Positions 12,152 through 25,343 of a stretch of DNA of 39,358 bases are shown here, one piece after another. The stretch is from Octopus bimaculoides (lineage: Eukaryota). The translations under genes and the position numbers were made by a program. The notes under the pieces are model-generated. The model was not told the origin of the DNA. It made no database searches and saw nothing but the letters and a program-made list of their open reading frames with translations. The stretch spans positions 32,128,863 to 32,168,220 of the forward strand of contig NC_068988.1 of assembly GCF_001194135.2 (NCBI RefSeq). The letters run 5' to 3'. The stretch's first letter is position 1, and each line of letters starts with the position of its first letter.

Positions 12152-12384
12152 NNNNNNNNNNATATCTGGGTACAGGACATTGCAAACAAACGTAGACGAG
12201 AACACACGAGCCACATAGAGAACATTCTACTTCATCAGCTACCCACGTTTTAACACCGGCGTTTCGATATATATATACAGAAACACACAACAACGTCAAG
12301 TGTATAGGCTATTTTTGTTGAGTGTATGATACCAAAATATTTCATGCAAGATGTTTTTTTCGCAATAAATATCTGAAAATCAAC

Positions 12385-12582
12385 GGGGGGTGACAGAATC
12401 TCTAGCACGGTGGATAAAATGCTTAGTGACACATTACGGCCTTTCTTACTTCCTAAGTTCAACGTTGCTGGGTTTTTCTTTGCAATTCTTCATTTCTGAA
12501 CGATAAAATAAGTACCAATTGAGCACTAGCATCGATGAAAACGGCTTAGCAAACCTTATGGCCTTGTGCTACAATTTGATGT
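12385..12582 (+). mobile_element. SINE family B, full-length degenerate copy
   Basis: gacagaatctctagcacg...aaaatgcttag...taagttcaa (B-box-like)...gataaaataagtacca.ttgagcact...ggccttgtgc; reverse complement of the copies at 30572-30945. Confidence 0.75.
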
Positions 12583-12646
12583 CAATATACAACCGGACTT
12601 TATGTCATATAGAAACATATTCACTTGTGGAACGCAACGCATGAGT

Positions 12647-12705
<59 letters not shown>

Positions 12706-13669
12706 NNNNNNNNNNNNNNNNNNNNNNNNNNNNNNNNNNNNNNNNNNNNNNNNNNNNNNNNNNNNNNNNNNNNNNNNNNNNNNNNNNNNNNNNNNNNNNN
12801 NNNNNNNNNNNNNNNNNNNNNNNNNNNNNNNNNNNNNNNNNNNNNNNNNNNNNNNNNNNNNNNNNNNNNNNNNNNNNNNNNNNNNNNNNNNNNNNNNNNN
12901 NNNNNNNNNNNNNNNNNNNNNNNNNNNNNNNNNNNNNNNNNNNNNNNNNNNNNNNNNNNNNNNNNNNNNNNNNNNNNNNNNNNNNNNNNNNNNNNNNNNN
13001 NNNNNNNNNNNNNNNNNNNNNNNNNNNNNNNNNNNNNNNNNNNNNNNNNNNNNNNNNNNNNNNNNNNNNNNNNNNNNNNNNNNNNNNNNNNNNNNNNNNN
13101 NNNNNNNNNNNNNNNNNNNNNNNNNNNNNNNNNNNNNNNNNNNNNNNNNNNNNNNNNNNNNNNNNNNNNNNNNNNNNNNNNNNNNNNNNNNNNNNNNNNN
13201 NNNNNNNNNNNNNNNNNNNNNNNNNNNNNNNNNNNNNNNNNNNNNNNNNNNNTACGTATGTCTGTGCATGAATGCGTGTCCGTACATGAGTTTGTGAGTG
13301 TATATATATATATATATATAACTAAGAACCATATGGATGCGAAGCAAATTTGTGACTACACAGTCAGGCCTGCGCCTATACGTGTCTTGTGTATAAGTGT
13401 GTGTGCGCCCGTCCACACATACATACATATATACGCAAATACACACATACACATATATATGTGTGTTTTCGTGTGTGTGTGTGTGCGTGTATGTACGTGC
13501 GTAGGCGTGTATGTGTCCGTGTGTGTGTTTGTTTTGCTGAGTATATCTCTATTATCTATTCAGTAGCTCTATTATAATTGTATTTGTTTGTCTGCTAATT
13601 TCTCGGTTAATATTTTTGTTGCAATAGTAATTGGCAATCATAAAACATTTTTATTACTTAGACAAGATT

Positions 13670-13711
13670 GCTAACTCTCTCTGTGTCTGTCTCTGTCTGT
13701 CCGTCTGTCTG

Positions 13712-13762
<51 letters not shown>

Positions 13763-13979
13763 TGTAAAGTACGAAATGGCATCATATAAATATCTTATGA
13801 CAATTGTTTTCGTAACAAATCTGCGGAAGTGCATAAAAACAAATGCAGCCTTCAAATATAAGCTCTTTTCTGAGAAGCTGAGTAGATATGAGAGCAACGA
13901 TGATTTTATGCCCACTCATACACACTGTCACCTACATATTCACACACTGACACTCTGTTTGTCTGTCTCGGTCTCTCTA

Positions 13980-14021
<42 letters not shown>

Positions 14022-14080
14022 ACACACACACGCACTCAAACACAGGCGCGCACAAACACACACACACACACACATATACA
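13670..14080. repeat. (CT)n, (TGTC)n and (CA)n microsatellites
   Basis: Direct inspection. Confidence 0.9.
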
Positions 14081-14639
14081 CTCATACAAACATTTTACCT
14101 TTCACCCACATAGACCCACTCCCTGTAATAGATAACGAATACAAAGGCTTGCAAGCCATCTGTGATGACACACATCGCGTGTCTTCAACATTGAAAATCT
14201 AGGATGGACAATACCTTCCCCGTATAAAATCAAGTACGGGATGTGTATAAGCCAGGTTTGATAATGTATTTATTAAATCTGATGGAAGATAGAGCTTTGT
14301 ATTTAAAATACCGCAGATAAGCTTATATATTATCACAAGGTTATATTAACGTTTTAGAGATTTTGCTCAATCGGATCTTTAAACACAGACAATGCACTCA
14401 CGCACTCACACGAACGCACACTCATACACACACGCGTATGCACACTCATATGTAGCAGCCATAATATAATGGTCAGTAAGAACAAGTTTATTGAAATATT
14501 TATTATAGAAGATTAACAAAATGTTGAGACTAGATATGTTACATATATTTCGATGTCTAATATCTATCTTTCGTGAAAATGTCAATTGAATTGAATAAAT
14601 ATTTCGTAAGTTATGAGGAAATAAGCAAATAATCTTCCA

Positions 14640-15570
14640 AACTGCAACGGCCAAAATATGAGGGTCACTTAGAAAAACAATGAAAAACGGAAGTAGAATG
14701 AAAAAGAAACCCTTACTATTAATATTTTGTGAACATAACTTTACTTTCAATGACCTCCTGACGTCTGTTACCATAGAACTGGATTAGTTTCTTGCAAAAT
14801 GAGGGCGTAACATTGTTCCATTCGGTTTTCAATAATTCCTAGAAATCATCTTGGTTCTTTGGATTTCTCGTTCGTGCCCCATCTCCAATAATCTTCCAAA
14901 CGTTTACTATAGTGTTGAGATGGAGACCTTGAGGTGGACGGTTCATCAGATCAGCCCTTTCATCACTCAAAACCACTTGGACTCTCTTCGCAATGTGACA
15001 GGGAGCATTGTGCTGCAAGAAAATAGGAGGATGACCTGAAGAGGATTGGAAATGTGAAAGGGCATGCTGTCTCAGAATCCGCATGTAGATTTTAGCAGTG
15101 ACCGGTCTCTTGTATGCGAATAAGTGGACCAGCACAAGCAGCAGAGATCACTCCCCATACCATTACACATTCTCATCCATATTGCTCTATCTTCTTCACA
15201 CTTGCACGAGATAACCTTTCGCCACTTATTCGTCGGACGTACATACCGCCTTCGGAACCAATCACATACTTCAATTCATCGCTAAAATGAAACTGCGATC
15301 ACTGTTCTTCTGTCAAAACAACATGTTTGTGAGCGAAACGAAGACGGGTTCTTTGATTCTTCTTAGAGATCGGAGGTTTCTTTGCTTATGCCCAAGCAAG
15401 CAACCCAGAACCTCATAACTTCCGATAATCTATTTTGCACGATACCTTGACGTCGGACGTGTAGATAAACTCGCGGGATATCTCAATAGCACTCTTAAAC
15501 CTATCTTTCTGTGACATTCTAACCACAATGCAATCCATCTTGGTGAAGTTTTGCGAGGTCTATCGGTTTT
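14640..15570 (-). mobile_element. Dead Tc1-like (DD34E) transposon
   Basis: DRPRKTSP, RLRFAHKHV, FHFSDE (first D), FLQHNAPCHIAKRV (second D lost), LNTIVNVWKIIG (E lost), EWNNVTPSFCKKLI...FTKY* with stop at 14719-14721. TIR-like actgcaacggccaaaa at ~14641. Confidence 0.92.
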
Positions 15571-15945
15571 GTATTTTGCATAAATGTAATATCGAGGTGG
15601 GGTTATAAAAGTAAATATGTTGGAAAAGGCACAAAAATATATTTTAGTGAATGTTTTATGAAATATAGCCAGTTTCGATGTTTCTATCTTATAATATATT
15701 AGAAAGAATTTTGGGGTGAGTTAGAGAGAAACAAAAAAACATTTTTGGTGGGGTTTAACAGTTTGTAACTATATTTGAGTTCTTAATGAAATTTTGCTTT
15801 AGTTATTCTCTTATAGATATTTTGTCAATGTACGTTTAGGGATGGGGTTCAAAAGCCCAAGTTACAGGGAGTCTTTCGAATTGAATTCGAAGACTCTTAC
15901 TCATGGTTTAGACAGCTGTCTGTGTGTGTGTGTATAAGTGTGTGC

Positions 15946-15994
<49 letters not shown>

Positions 15995-16389
15995 GGTGTG
16001 TGTGCTTGAAATCATTTTGCTATTGAGAGAAAATGCTTGATTGATTTTTGACGATGTTATTCAGAGAATTAGGGTGGAAATACTTGCCGTTTGTTTTGTT
16101 GCGGAAGTGTGCATTTGTGTGTGTGTATGAGTGGTTGGGCTATATTACCAAGGTATTTTTCTTTTTATCATATTTTCTATTGAGGGGATGAGCTTAGTAG
16201 TTCTGACTAGCAGTGTGCGTGTGTGTCTGTGTGTGCGGTTATCGGTATGTTTATGTATGTGTGTGTCTATGCATGCGTGTTGTTTCTTGTTTTTTTTTGT
16301 AAATTTATTTTGTATATTGTGGTGGGTCTATATATGCGTGTGTTTTCTATGTTTTGTGTGTTATCATGATGATGTATGTATGTGTATGT

Positions 16390-16498
16390 GACAGGTCCTT
16401 AATAATTGATTGGTGGGTGTTTCGATATTGAGTTGTGGTTTATATCTGTTAATGAATTGTTTTTCCTTCCTTGTTTATTCTCTGTTGTTTGGTAAAAG
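16390..16498 (-). mobile_element. Inverted copy of the Penelope-like element 3' end (pLTR-like)
   Basis: The reverse complement (caacagagaataaa...aaaaacaattcat...ctcaatatcgaaacacc...aatcaa..attaaggacctgtc) matches 17122-17228. Confidence 0.85.
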
Positions 16499-16499
16499 A

Positions 16500-17226
16500 A
16501 TCCAAGTAGGCTTAATCACCAATGGAATAGACAGGGTAAAACACATCGATATCCAGGAACTAAGGAAAACGAAAGTCAAAATAAAGAAATATATCTTACC
16601 ATATATATCAACATTCAATCTCCGAAACTCTGAAATAGTTGACCTCATTTACAAAAACCTCCCTATTCTACCTGATGATGAATAAATGAAAAAATATCTG
16701 GAATCATACCAACGTAAAAGACAGCCCAACGTAAGAGGCGGCCCAACGTAAATACAGCCCAAAACGCTCAAACAAATCTTCAATGGAACAAAAACACCTA
16801 AACAAATCCCGAACCCAACTTGATAGACTATCGAAGAACAATTTGCGGCTCCTGCTTATACCTAATGGAGGGACCAAATTTCAAATTTAAAGAGGGAGAA
16901 ATCTTTAAAGTAAAAGTAAACTTCAGCTGTAACTCCGAAAACCTAATTTACGCAAGTTAATGCGGTGGATGCTAAAACTACATAGAACAGGCATTTCACA
17001 TCGCAAAAGAAAGTCAATACACCGCCGACAGATCCGAGAGGAGAGTATAAGGAATATTCTCTTAAGTAGTCACACTGCAAACTCAGTTTTAAAATCATCC
17101 TCCTCTACAAATCCTCAGACTCTTTCACCAGCAACAGAGAATAAAGAAAGAAAAACAATTCATCACCAAATATAAATCACAGCTCAATATCGAAACACCA
17201 TCCCTTAATCAATAATTAAGGACCTG

Positions 17227-17228
<2 letters not shown>
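16500..17228 (+). mobile_element. 5'-truncated Penelope-like retroelement (linker plus GIY-YIG endonuclease remnant)
   Basis: GLITNGIDRVKHIDIQELRKTK...ILPYISTFNLRN, then FKVKVNFSCNSENLIYAS*CGGC*NYIEQ (CxxxNxIY..CxxC..YIG-like), RKRKSIHRRQIR and terminal FITKYKSQLN. Frameshifted. Confidence 0.85.
16709..16760. repeat. Three ~17 bp tandem units within the Penelope remnant
   Basis: ccaacgtaaaagacagc / ccaacgtaagaggcggc / ccaacgtaaatacagc. Confidence 0.85.
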
Positions 17229-17266
<38 letters not shown>

Positions 17267-17589
17267 GTACACACAAACACAACAGAGTAACACACAGACA
17301 CACACACACACAAAGCATTCCCATAAAGCCAAACACACACCACAAAAACACACATAAAAATAACACACACACACACACACACACCACAATAACACGCACA
17401 CACACACAAACAAAACATTCCCATTAAACCAAATATATACTACAATAAAGCGACAGAAACCACAATTAAAATCGCAAACCACAATGCAGTACACGCACAA
17501 AAAACATGTCAAAAAATCCCAAATGACACACCATTAACCCATACACCAGAAATTCCAGAACATGCTTCCCAAAAAGGATGAACAAAATA

Positions 17590-17655
17590 TTAATAATAAT
17601 CCTTTCTACTATGGGCACAACACCTGAAATGTGTGGGGATGGTACTAGTGGTCAA
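17590..17655 (-). mobile_element. Short SINE family B-like 3' fragment
   Basis: aataatcctttctactatgggcacaacacctgaaat...gggga resembles the 3' end of family B; partly from recalled consensus. Confidence 0.4.
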
Positions 17656-17740
17656 ATGATACATCTTTTCGACCACGAAGCCATGGAAGCATGGGAGAAC
17701 ATTGGGAAACAAAAAACGTTAATAAGCATAAATACGTGCA

Positions 17741-17741
17741 C

Positions 17742-17808
<67 letters not shown>
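17741..17808. repeat. (TATC)n tetranucleotide running into a gap
   Basis: Direct inspection. Confidence 0.95.
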
Positions 17809-19393
17809 NNNNNNNNNNNNNNNNNNNNNNNNNNNNNNNNNNNNNNNNNNNNNNNNNNNNNNNNNNNNNNNNNNNNNNNNNNNNNNNNNNNNNNNNNNNN
17901 TATATATATATATATATATTTATATCTGATCTATATAGCTGACTACTATTATACTTGGTGTTTCACTTCTTGGCGGATATAAATTGCAGTAATATAACTC
18001 CTATTACAAATCACCTATTTTAAAGAAAACATAACTGACCGAGTAATACAGAATATCCACATTATAAAGCACTAATCCATATGTCTTTGAATTATATACA
18101 GAAATAGATTTCAGAATTTTTTAAAATATCATTAATCATCTTCTATTTCGAAACTTATTTCAAGTATATTTTTTTGAATTTGTGTATCACTTGAATATCT
18201 ATCTTTTAAAAAACAAATTTTCAAATGTTTTCCCAAAACACTGCATAGAAAATAAGCATTTTATTACAACATTATAATGCAGAATATATTGTAGTCAGTT
18301 GTCAGTTTAACTGTGTTATGCGGAAGTTTACTCATTTTGAATTTTATTTTGTTAATAACTTATGTTCATATTTATGAATACTAGATATATTTTGTAAAAC
18401 AAAATAATTTAAATTAGCATATTTTAATTACGTTCTTGCATTTTGCAGCAACAGAAATTCTCCATTATAATATAATATATCCTGATTATGATGCACATAA
18501 TTGTATGACAAAAAAAAAATCGTTGTATTATTGAAATATATGCATAGCCCACTAAACTAATACTGTCTGCTGTATATCGGATGTAGGCTAGTGATGAAGA
18601 ATTAACATAAAAATAAAAAAATGACTCGGGAATCCCACTGATGAAAATAAGAGATTTCTTTCCTTGGTTTGTGTAAAGACTTCTGCCTTGTCCTCTTATA
18701 AGACACAAGAAATAGTATATCACCATCACAGATATCTTTTTGCATCGATATTTGCCATGTATCTTCTTAGAATACTTCATTTCTATTCTATTCACTGTTA
18801 GTGCTCTAAATTGGCGTCGTTTTATTAGCAGCTTCGAGGCTAGTTTAAAGATTTAAAGACTGCTTTGTTAAGTAATAGAAATGTGCATATTTCTGAACCG
18901 AACAGCTAATCGGTAAAGATGTAAATACTTTTATATAGCGCAAACTTAAACGAAGAGAGACGTGCATTAATATCTATCTTACTACCTGGTTTCTAGAAAG
19001 AATAATATAAATTACTCATTAGATATTCATATTTTCCTGTTTGTTGTTTCCAACATATTTTATTCCAGAAATCTTTTAAATATTACCCGGGCATTTTCCT
19101 CATCAGTAATTAGTAAATCCATCAGTACTTGATTTTTCGTAAATAATGTCTTTCATAGATATTGTCCACTTAGGTATTTACTTCCTATTAGTTTTGAGTA
19201 AGATATTACTGATATAGTTATTGAAGTTCCCCTGTCTTATTAGAAGCATTTAATCTATTGTTTAGTCACACTTGGTGTCGTATGAAATACCAGGAGCAAG
19301 CTGTTTTCTGTTATTATATTGATAGCGGAATACTGTTTTATATTGGCTCACAACAATCAAATTTCAGACGTCTTTGGAAGATCATATTCTTAC

Positions 19394-19435
19394 ATCAAGT
19401 TATTCAATGCAGACTGTATTAAGGGTTTACGTTCC
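19394..19435 (-). CDS. Weak candidate 42 nt exon (ERKPLIQSALNNL)
   Basis: ttcttataag|G...AT|gtaaga; only one frame is open, and it is phase-compatible with candidate exon 20645-20810. Confidence 0.2.
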
Positions 19436-20644
19436 CTTATAAGAACACACATGGCATAAAATCCGCAAATGTGTTCAATTAGCATTCAACACTTTATAGT
19501 TCCACCTTAAAAAAAAAAACTTGAAATTGTTGCTAATCAGTTTGGTTGTAAATAAAATCTCGGCAAAATATGACAGCGTTTGGAATTTATTTGAAATTAC
19601 TAAGAAGTTTACAACGAAAGTAATCAAGGCCCTTGTAAATTGCGCAAATTCTAGTATATTACTATCATATAAGAAAATAATTTAAAGCAATTTATTATCA
19701 GTTAACTGTTACCACCCTATACTCATTTAATGAATTTTCCTTTTGTAATTTTGAAATGGAATTCGTTTTAATATTTCATAGTCGAATGCTTCATACAGGA
19801 TTTAAAAAGAAATTATGGTCATATCAATTTGAATGAATACATCACAAGTTTCAGCTTTGTCATTGACTCTGTCTACGCACTTCATTAGTCTACACCCAAA
19901 ATATAGCATGTTATGCCAGTTCATTAATGCATCAACGTCAAGTAAATTGATGCAATCAGATATAAGATTCAAAGTCAGAACTTAAATCGTCTAGGCGAGT
20001 GATGAACAACACTAAAGACCAAGCATTAAGCAAACAAAACAAAAAATAATAATAAAACTGAAAAATATAATATATGATCACTAAATAAAACGACAAAAAT
20101 TAGGTATGTTATTATTAAAATGATAGATCAATAATCGCAAATAAGAAAAAAACAAAAATGCAATATTTTCCACAATATCAAAATGTAACTTGTAAATTGA
20201 AATATATTCAAACATATATGAACAGTCGATTATAATTATGTGCGTGTAAGTTGTGTATATGGAGTAAAACGTGTACAGATATAGTGGAAAATATTTATGC
20301 GTATATTTAGATTTGGGGAAATAACTGGGAAAATGATAAATTAGGTGAGCGTGCATCTCTGGTAGTACGTCTGTGCAACAACTGATTATGGATATCGTGC
20401 AATAAACGCATATGGTAAATAAACGTTCAGAAAACGCCGAAAATGTCTCCTATCGTCTTTACGTACATTTACAAACGTTACCCTACTGTCTTGTCTTCCA
20501 CTCTTTCATTCTTCCATTGAAAGATAAATCTATTTGCAACTTTGGTATTTTCCTTTGTTACTGTCGTTCTCGCATCACCTCTCCAGGCCTTAATAAGAAG
20601 TAATAAGTACCTCGGTAATCTGTTGGTAAAAAGCTCGACTTCAC

Positions 20645-20810
20645 CCAGCTCCAGATAACAAGGTTCTTTTAAATGTGCTCGCCGACGAGGCAACAAGTGC
20701 TCCTACATTAACGATACTACAATTGTGACTGGGCTTAACCCACTGCATCATATTACTCAGAAATTCTGTTTCAGATCGTCTAACAGCATACGCTGCATCG
20801 TATGCTAAAT
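20645..20810 (-). CDS. Candidate internal exon; loosely resembles the PBP1-type amino-terminal domain of iGluR-like receptors
   Basis: ctgcag|AT TTA GCA TAC GAT...GCT GG|gtgaag encodes (D)LAYDAAYAVRRSETEFLSNMMQWVKPSHNCSIVNVGALVASSASTFKRTLLSGA. Non-repetitive, A/T-rich third positions, pyrimidine tract upstream, weak donor. Confidence 0.4.
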
Positions 20811-21163
20811 CTGCAGCGATTTTTATATTGAGGAAATATAAAAACGAGAGGGGGAAAAATTGAAGAGGAAGAGAAACAGAATATATATATNNNNNNNNNN
20901 NNNNNNNNNNNNNNNNNNNNNNNNNNNNNNNNNNNNNNNNNNNNNNNNNNNNNNNNNNNNNNNNNNNNNNNNNNNNNNNNNNNNNNNNNNNNNNNNNNNN
21001 NNNNNNNNNNNNNNNNNNNNNNNNNNNNNNNNNNNNNNNNNNNNNNNNNNNNNNNNNNNNNNNNNNNNNNNNNNNNNNNNNNNNNNNNNNNNNNNNNNNN
21101 NNNNNNNNNNNNNNNNNNNNNNNNNNNNNNNNNNNNNNNNNNNNNNNNNNNNNNNNNNNNNNN

Positions 21164-21214
<51 letters not shown>

Positions 21215-22350
21215 ATATATACATATATACATACATACATGTCTATATATATGTATATATATGTGCGTCTGTGTATACACATATAACTATCAAAATATGC
21301 ATATATATACATATACATATACATGTGTGTGTGTGGGTGTGTGTGTGGGTGTGTGTGCATTTGTGTGTGTGTATGTGTGTGTCTTTATGCACACACATAA
21401 GCATACATTCGTTTTGGACGTGTTATATATGGGTTGTTTTGTGCAGCACAGTAGTATACATAGTATATTGCCTACTTCATTATTACAATATATTTTATCA
21501 TTTCCTGCTCCGTTTTGCTGATGAATCTTTTAAATGGCAAACAAGAGCAGTAATGTTATTCGCAAAACAGCTTTGTAAATAATCAAGGAAATGTTATCGT
21601 GTAGACTACTGAAACAAGAAAAAATATTCTTATCAAAGTAATCAATCATCAACACGCAATTTCTTGTTTGCGGAGCAACTTACTGCATATGTATGCATAT
21701 TCAGCAACTACCTCGCACATACATATAATATGTGTGCGTTTCTATATATACATATAAATATATATATATATATACCGTTATTTGGCTGTGTGGCTGTATG
21801 TGAGTGAGTTTGTGCTTGAGCGTACCTGCGTCTTTGTAGTAATGGNNNNNNNNNNNNNNNNNNNNNNNNNNNNNNNNNNNNNNNNNNNNNNNNNNNNNNN
21901 NNNNNNNNNNNNNNNNNNNNNNNNNNNNNNNNNNNNNNNNNNNNNNNNNNNNNNNNNNNNNNNNNNNNNNNNNNNNNNNNNNNNNNNNNNNNNNNNNNNN
22001 NNNNNNNNNNNNNNNNNNNNNNNNNNNNNNNNNNNNNNNNNNNNNNNNNNNNNNNNNNNNNNNNNNNNNNNNNNNNNNNNNNNNNNNNNNNNNNNNNNNN
22101 NNNNNNNNNNNNNNNNNNNNNNNNNNNNNNNNNNNNNNNNNNNNNNNNNNNNNNNNNNNNNNNNNNNNNNNNNNNNNNNNNNNNNNNNNNNNNNNNNNNN
22201 NNNNNNNNNNNNNNNNNNNNNNNNNNNNNNNNNNNNNNNNNNNNNNNNNNNNNNNNNNNNNNNNNNNNNNNNNNNNNNNNNNNNNNNNNNNNNNNNNNNN
22301 NNNNNNNNNNNNNNNNNNNNNNNNNNNNNNNNNNNNNNNNNNNNNNNNNN

Positions 22351-22399
<49 letters not shown>

Positions 22400-22605
22400 G
22401 TTATTTGGCTGTGTGGCTGTATGTGAGTGAGTTTGTGCTTGAGCGTACCTGCGTCTTTGTAGTAATGGTGTACACGCAAAAGCAATATATTATGCGTATA
22501 CTTCAGAAATATCTTTATTCCTTCACACGTAAACTCGCACTGGCGTAATGATAACACATGCATACCTGTAACACATTCCTATGTTCACTGATATGCTTTC
22601 ACATA

Positions 22606-22720
22606 TAGGCGCAAGCATAGATGTGTGATAGGAAACCGGTACCCCAACCACAATTTTTTCAGATTTAGTACCACTGTGCAGCTCCTGGGCACGTGTTCCT
22701 CATATCGCTCCTGGATGAGA
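22606..22720 (+). mobile_element. Degenerate tRNA-derived head of SINE family A
   Basis: taggcgcaagcatagatgtgtg...ccaaccaca...tagtaccactgtg...ctgggcacgtgt matches the recalled octopus SINE head. Confidence 0.5.
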
Positions 22721-23124
22721 GTGTATTTCTGAGAAGGAAATTGAAAAAAGTCAAATACTTCCCTATCTACCTACCTACCTATCTAGCCACCAATATACAT
22801 ACATAGAAACAGGCACACACAAACTCATACACACATACATATATGCATGCATAAATACATACATTCATACATACATAGAGAGAAAAAAAACTTACTTGGA
22901 GAAGGATGCGTAGCGTTCGATCATATAATAATATAAATAATATATAAATATATGCATATATCTATACATATATGTACATACCTACAGCTATATGTATACA
23001 TACATGCATATATGGTTACAGGACAGCACAGAAAAAACGTTAAACACAATAAGAAACGAAAACAGAAAACGAACTGCTTTTCGAACAACGAAAAAAACAG
23101 AGAAACGAGACATGCAACATACAG

Positions 23125-23396
23125 AATATTTGTCTTCATCAGTTGTTCCTGTCCATCTACTCCGTGTTTCGGTCCTTGCCTTCGAACATGAAAAAACACT
23201 TGGCTGCGAAACAGCATCACAGTGGTGATGACTCATATCTGCTACTGATGACATTTTTGAACAAGATGAAACTTGTTCATGAATAGGATCCAAGTATTCC
23301 AAGTCTGATTCAATAAACGTTTGGAATATGTTGGAAAATAAATCTCATTCGATCACATTCGGTTAGCCTCTGACATCTTCAACCGCCCCACGTGTA
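23125..23396 (+). mobile_element. Mariner 3' fragment with right TIR
   Basis: NMKKHLAAKQHHSGDD..SATDDIFEQDE...RIQVFQ and (G)EYVGK*, ending ttagcctctgacatcttcaaccgccccacgtg followed by TA (23395-23396). Confidence 0.85.
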
Positions 23397-23437
23397 AATG
23401 CGTGCATAAATAGATGAATGTGTATATATATGTATAG

Positions 23438-23469
<32 letters not shown>

Positions 23470-23767
23470 ATGTGTACGTGTATATATATATATATATATA
23501 TATATAATGTATATGTTTGTATATATATATATCTTATATATATANNNNNNNNNNNNNNNNNNNNNNNNNNNNNNNNNNNNNNNNNNNNNNNNNNNNNNNN
23601 NNNNNNNNNNNNNNNNNNNNNNNNNNNNNNNNNNNNNNNNNNNNNNNNNNNNNNNNNNNNNNNNNNNNNNNNNNNNNNNNNNNNNNNNNNNNNNNNNNNN
23701 NNNNNNNNNNNNNNNNNNNNNNNNNNNNNNNNNNNNNNNNNNNNNNNNNNNNNNNNNNNNNNNNNNN

Positions 23768-23826
<59 letters not shown>

Positions 23827-24079
23827 ACATATATATATCTTTTTTAAATATATATGTATATAAAGGTAGAAGGACAGAGAAAAATGTTACATAGAAAAAG
23901 AGAGGGAGAGAAAAGGTTAAACAGATATATAGCTATATAAATAGATATATAGATGCTTAGATAGATAAAAAAGACCGGCGCTCTGCTTTTCAAACATGAA
24001 AATCGTGTTCTCAGCGCCCGAATTTTGTTTGGAGATTGAAAGCACGTATTATAACCTGGGTAACCACGTCACTTAAGGG

Positions 24080-24240
24080 TAAGAAACTGTCAGTAACTCT
24101 TTATTTTAATGCAGTTTACCTTACTAAATTATCACACATAGAAGAAATACTTATTTTGGTGATCTTACATTAACGGAACAATAAAATCGCTGCCCCAGCA
24201 AGCTCGCAGTCCGATGCCTGAACCAAGTATATAAGACAAG
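24080..24240 (+). mobile_element. Highly degenerate SINE family A 3' end
   Basis: gctgccccagcaagctcgcagtccgatgcctgaaccaagta resembles the reverse complement of 26965-27015. Confidence 0.5.
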
Positions 24241-24607
24241 ATATATTACTATACATGTATGCAATGCTCTCTCATTTTGCAAGTTTCTCATATACAGGTA
24301 CAACCTTCTACTTGCATCTACACAACCGTCACTTCCTCGCTATTAGAATCTTTTCGCAGAGCAACATTTCTACATGGTTTTAAAAATTTTACCTCAATTT
24401 ATTTCACAGACTCCGTCTCTTTCTCTTGGGAAGAGCTTTTATTCGTGACATTTACATCATAAATACATGTGTGTGTGTGGGGGGTGGATACGGAGTGGAT
24501 TTTGTATTAAATTATACGTAGCATACATTGTATTATGAGAACAAATAACAGAGTGGTGTACCAAACCAGTATATTATGGCACAGATTGATGTTTGATAAA
24601 TAGCATT

Positions 24608-24697
24608 TATAGATCTCTACACAATTTATATAGATCTCTACACAATTTATATAGATCTTTACACAATTTATATAGACCTCTACATAATTTATATAGA
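24608..24697. repeat. 21 bp minisatellite x4.3
   Basis: Unit tatagatctctacacaattta, first two copies identical. Confidence 0.95.
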
Positions 24698-25299
24698 AAC
24701 ACACCAGCATCGGTCTCCATTTTACCCATATTTTGTAGGTAGTGATTTGGTTGAAATACATCTCAAAGAGAATATTTTCAGGAATCAAAGTTAAAACTAC
24801 TAAGCTGAATTAATATAAATATAAAGTAGTACATTTCCCTGATTCTTTGGTCATTCCTGGATATTGAACTTCCGGTTAATCGTGTAACTACATATCTATG
24901 ACGGAAAACACTTCAGCCAAGGCCATCTTCGTCACAAGAGATGTAAGTACGAGTCCCGCGAGCAGCCTCCACGTCTTTCTATGTTAAACGATATTTCAAT
25001 CAAAAGTTCATATATTATTATATATAGCTTTATTTGCTTCAAAAGTCATTCCCACCCACAAAATAATTATTTTAGGTTCTCTTGAAAATTTATACATTTG
25101 TATGAGGTCAACAACGAAGAATTGCTTTGGCCTAGTAATAGAACATCTGCGATAGCTACTGGGGTTGTGCGTTTGAGTCCCATGGACAGCCTTCGATTTT
25201 TCTATCCACATATATTTTAAGACCTGACACATGCTATTATTTATAGGTTTATGTGCTTTGAGATCCACCGTTCCAAATAAGTAGTATATATATATATAT

Positions 25300-25343
<44 letters not shown>

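Noticed and set aside
12385-12460. SINE heads as tRNA genes (also 22606-22680)
   Set aside because: Only degenerate A/B-box-like motifs with no cloverleaf; these are SINE-derived.
15590-15860. Possible Helentron-like AT-rich repeat with gggg motifs
   Set aside because: A vague resemblance only, with no second copy or termini identifiable.
21775-22468. Identical 71 bp sequence on both sides of the gap (21775-21845 and 22398-22468)
   Set aside because: 100% identity flanking a gap next to (TA)n is typical of unmerged overlapping contig ends; probably an assembly artefact.
24608-24697. Regularly spaced repeats as a CRISPR-like array (also 16709-16760)
   Set aside because: Contiguous units without unique spacers, a eukaryotic context and no cas genes.
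24850-24990. GC-richer segment with a gtaagt donor on plus and a signal-peptide-like frame on minus
   Set aside because: Upstream stops in all plus frames and no usable donor on minus.
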